The translations under genes were made by a program, and so were the position numbers. The notes beneath the pieces were generated by a model. The model saw nothing but the letters and a program-made list of their open reading frames with translations, made no database searches and was not told where the DNA came from. Positions 34,287 to 34,348 of a stretch of 34,348 nucleotides of DNA are shown here, piece by piece. The stretch is from Kiritimatiellia bacterium. Lineage in GTDB: Bacteria; Verrucomicrobiota; Kiritimatiellia; RFP12; JAZUKQ01. The DNA is taken from assembly GCA_045643325.1 (NCBI GenBank), contig JAZUKQ010000044.1, positions 1 to 34,348 on the forward strand. The letters are read 5' to 3'. Within the stretch, counting starts at the first letter, position 1. Each line of letters starts with the position of its first letter.

Positions 34287-34348
34287 ACACCCCCGTTGCC
34301 GCACGACAGGCGGGGCCATTCATCCGGCTCCCCTCGCCGCGGGGGCGA

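Noticed and set aside
34310-34348. tmRNA 5' end (GGGGCC...)
   Set aside because: The expected GGATTCGAC-like motif does not follow, and the sequence is truncated.

Overview
A GC-rich bacterial chromosomal segment. The gene content and style suggest the PVC superphylum, possibly Kiritimatiellota/Lentisphaerota; this is inference, not a database result. The window appears to contain the replication origin region: lepA, tRNA-Asp, uppP, rimO and mnmG, followed by an AT-rich intergenic gap (~9290-9540) with degenerate DnaA boxes, a DnaA-trio-like motif and an AT cluster. Three perfect parS palindromes lie inside an in-frame insertion of mnmG. No dnaA, dnaN, parAB or rsmG is present. The rest is housekeeping and carbohydrate genes: two GH5, GH20, ROK kinase, two UroD-fold proteins, AKR, YfcE, a double-ArsR regulator, HAD, Nnr, RfaE2, ZnuCB, Lgt and an M24 peptidase, plus several secreted hypothetical proteins. 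The most notable observations are: (1) a parS array encoded as 'FHVEQ/H' peptide repeats within MnmG next to a stand-alone oriC candidate; (2) a modular REP/REPIN-like palindromic repeat family with compensatory stem changes, one copy of which abuts a 5'-truncated gene; (3) a candidate short C-terminal sorting signal (P-x3/4-[G/C/T]-hydrophobic-end) on two exported beta-sandwich-type proteins; (4) apparent pseudo-enzymes (a thioredoxin fold with NDWH instead of CxxC, and an SGNH fold without its catalytic residues); (5) UroD-fold proteins paired twice with sugar enzymes. All calls were made by eye, with no searches run.
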